From positions 868,001-932,000 of the forward strand of contig NC_043005.1 of assembly GCF_006345805.1 (NCBI RefSeq): a stretch of 64,000 bases of DNA. The letters run 5' to 3'. Position 1 is the first letter of the stretch. Each line of letters starts with the position of its first letter. The notes under the pieces are model-generated. The model was given only the letters and a program-made list of their open reading frames with translations, was not told the DNA's origin and did no database searches. Positions 61,709 through 64,000 of this stretch are shown piece by piece. The position numbers and the translations under genes are program-made. The stretch is from Octopus sinensis (Eukaryota).

Positions 61709-61794
61709 AAATCTGTATTGGCTGTAAGTCATCAGACAGAATAATTGTGGCACAGCATCCATTGTTTGAAGGAGGACTCTGTGAGCAGTGCAAG
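61709..61794 (+). CDS. DNMT3: DNMT3-like coding exon 7, first zinc finger of ADD domain (EICIGCKSSDRIIVAQHPLFEGGLCEQCK)
   Basis: Acceptor TTTTCCAG|, donor AAG|GTAATT, 86 nt, phase 1-0. Matches DNMT3A [26 protein letters not shown]. Confidence 0.92.
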
Positions 61795-63240
61795 GTAATT
61801 ATTTCATATTTTTCACATGTATGTGCCTGTGTAACCTCCTCTTTCTCATTTTATGCTTTCTTTTCCATACTAGCATGGGTTGGACAGTTTCTTTGGGATA
61901 AAATCTTTGTGGCCCGATGCCCTTACTTTCACCAACTTTTGCTGCTTATTACAACAGATAGGAATGCAAAACACACATGTCAGTATATATCATATACTTC
62001 TTCCTTAAGGTCTGCCAACCTGACAACCCTATCATTTCTACCTGTAACTGCCTGAAAAATGTCATTGCCACTCTGCTCCTCACCTTCCTCCTAGATTCAC
62101 TAAACATACTCTCTTCCTCTACCGTCCTTCCTGCCCCATTTTTGCCACGAGTGTAAATTCTTTCTATACTCTCATCTCTCATCATAAGACCCTCTCTTCT
62201 GCCCGGCCCCTGCTTCACTTCCACTCTACTATTTATCCTACAACCTCCACTCTTCTCTGTCTAACAGAATTTGATCTTGCTCTGGATTGTTTCTCCTTTA
62301 TGGGCAAAATTTACTCACTATTTCCTGGAATGGTCATTGGCATGAGAAAGGTCCTTAACTGCACCAGTGCATTTCAGTTCCTAATCATTTTAAAGTTCAC
62401 TGGTCTTAAACCCACAGTTCCACAGCTATTATCTTGATAACTGTATTGCTGCCACACCTCTCTCTTTCTCATGAATATTTAAACACTTTCATCTCATTTG
62501 TTAGCTCCTTTCAATCCCCTCTCCATTTCAGATAATCTCCCTTAATTTTATTTACTCTTTCTGTTTACCATCCTACCCTCTCCACTTTTATTTTATACAA
62601 ACCCCTGACTCCTCCTCCTTCTTTGATTTTCCTCCTCTTCCCCCCACTGTCTTGTCACTGCTGAGGCAGAAATTGTAACTATGATTTTGAAACCCAGGTT
62701 CAACACACGACTATTCATTTCACATAGTTATCCCCCCCTACCTTTATTTAACCCTTTCGTTACTATATTTCTGACCAAAATACACCCCTCATGAGTTTCA
62801 ATTAAATTCTAAAATAATCATGAATTTAGGCTTGTTTCATTAAATAACTGTAACTTTTTTACTTATCAACATATTAATGTGATATTTGGAACATAATTAA
62901 AGAAAGGGTTCTTAATCAATTCTATTGCATAACTTTTGTCTCAAAGTGACTTTAATTACAGGTAAATCCAGGTAAATTGAGCAAAAGGTAAAAATATTAA
63001 AATTTTGTTTAAACATCACCATAGAAAATGAATCATCAGCTAATATTCAAATGGGTATGCAACAAAATTTTGATAATGAAGAATTGTGCACATCACTAGA
63101 TCATCAGTTGAATTTAATGCACAACAGGTGTACCATAAAGGTGGAATAAAGTGAAATACTGGAATCCACCGTAAGTTTGACCGAACTAAAGAAATCGGTC
63201 AAAAAATAATATACGGCCCTGGTTATGGTATAGAAGTGAT

Positions 63241-63583
63241 AAATTCCAGACCACAGCGTTCCCTAGGCCATGCTGACTAACATTATTTTCCCTGTATAAA
63301 AACTAAATCCATGAAGTACCCAGTATTTGCTTCACAAATTTTCCAAAATTTGATCCCCCATTTTATGTTTTGTTTACATTCTGCGTAAATTTGTTTCCGC
63401 ATTGATCGCTTCAAACAATAACTTCCAGACCACATCATACCCTAAGCCATGCTGACTAACATTAGTTTCCCTGTATAAAAACTAAATCCACAACAGTACC
63501 CAGTATTTGCTTCATAAATTTTCCAAACTTTTGTGTTTGTTTACAATCTGCGTAAATTTGTTTCCGAAGTGATCGCTTCAAAC
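63241..63583. repeat. Two diverged ~170-bp tandem units
   Basis: TTCCAGACCACA...GATCGCTTCAAAC at 63241-63416 and 63421-63583; possibly inside a TTAA|CCCTTT-starting element beginning at 62752. Confidence 0.75.
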
Positions 63584-64000
63584 TAGCATACTGAAAAAAT
63601 AAAAAAGTCTAATGGTTTCGCTTCCTGAGAAAGACAATGGATAAACTATCTCCCCAGAAAAATTGCTAATAAAAACATTTTAAAAGTTTTTTTACTTCAT
63701 TCTGATGTAAAACCGTCTTTGCTGTCGCCATCGCAGCTTTGTTTCTTCGGAATCGCTGCTTTCATTTTCGGATAAAAAAATATCATATTGTACACCACGT
63801 GCTTTAAGACCTCATTCATTCTTTTTCTTGATATCTCCCTATTTTCCGTTGAAAAAGCTTTAAATTCGGAATCAATGCTTGATAACATGAAACTCCTATC
63901 CATTTTCAAAGTTGAAGAAAAATCGATGCCGAAAAAAATGTGGAAAAAAATCTCCCAAAATTCACTGAGTTGAGATATCACTTCAAGCAATGTCGGATAC

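Noticed and set aside
33018-61794. ATRX, NSD, MSH6 or HDGF identity
   Set aside because: The combination of a WFGD-type PWWP followed by a CxxC...HPLF..G.C..CK ADD finger is specific to DNMT3.

Overview
AT-rich animal genomic DNA. The SINE, RTE-LINE and MITE families look like those of Octopus (inference from family recognition, no search run). The one host gene I can support is the 5' part of a DNMT3-type de novo DNA methyltransferase on the + strand. It has 7 GT-AG coding exons from 31804 to 61794 whose phases join into a continuous 350-codon frame: basic N-terminus, PWWP domain, linker and the first zinc finger of an ADD domain. The rest of ADD and any catalytic domain would lie beyond the window. 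Most of the remainder is transposable elements: RTE LINEs (two young copies with a PHD-type C4HC3 finger inside ORF2), a CR1-like LINE, Tx1 and HERO-like remnants, Penelope-like, mariner, MULE, Gypsy, tRNA-derived SINEs and several foldback MITEs. A deeply nested complex at 18.8-29.9 kb is a hAT transposase gene split by a Helitron (itself carrying an RTE), a CR1 and a long-TIR element; the hAT frame or motif can be rebuilt across each junction. Other notable structures are a 13 x 38-bp array (not CRISPR), a 576-bp near-identical ectopic copy 22 kb away, and inverted LINEs flanking two frame-symmetric DNMT3 exons. I found no clearly new biological system; the DNMT3 locus and its TE context are the best leads. 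All alignments and counts were made by eye.
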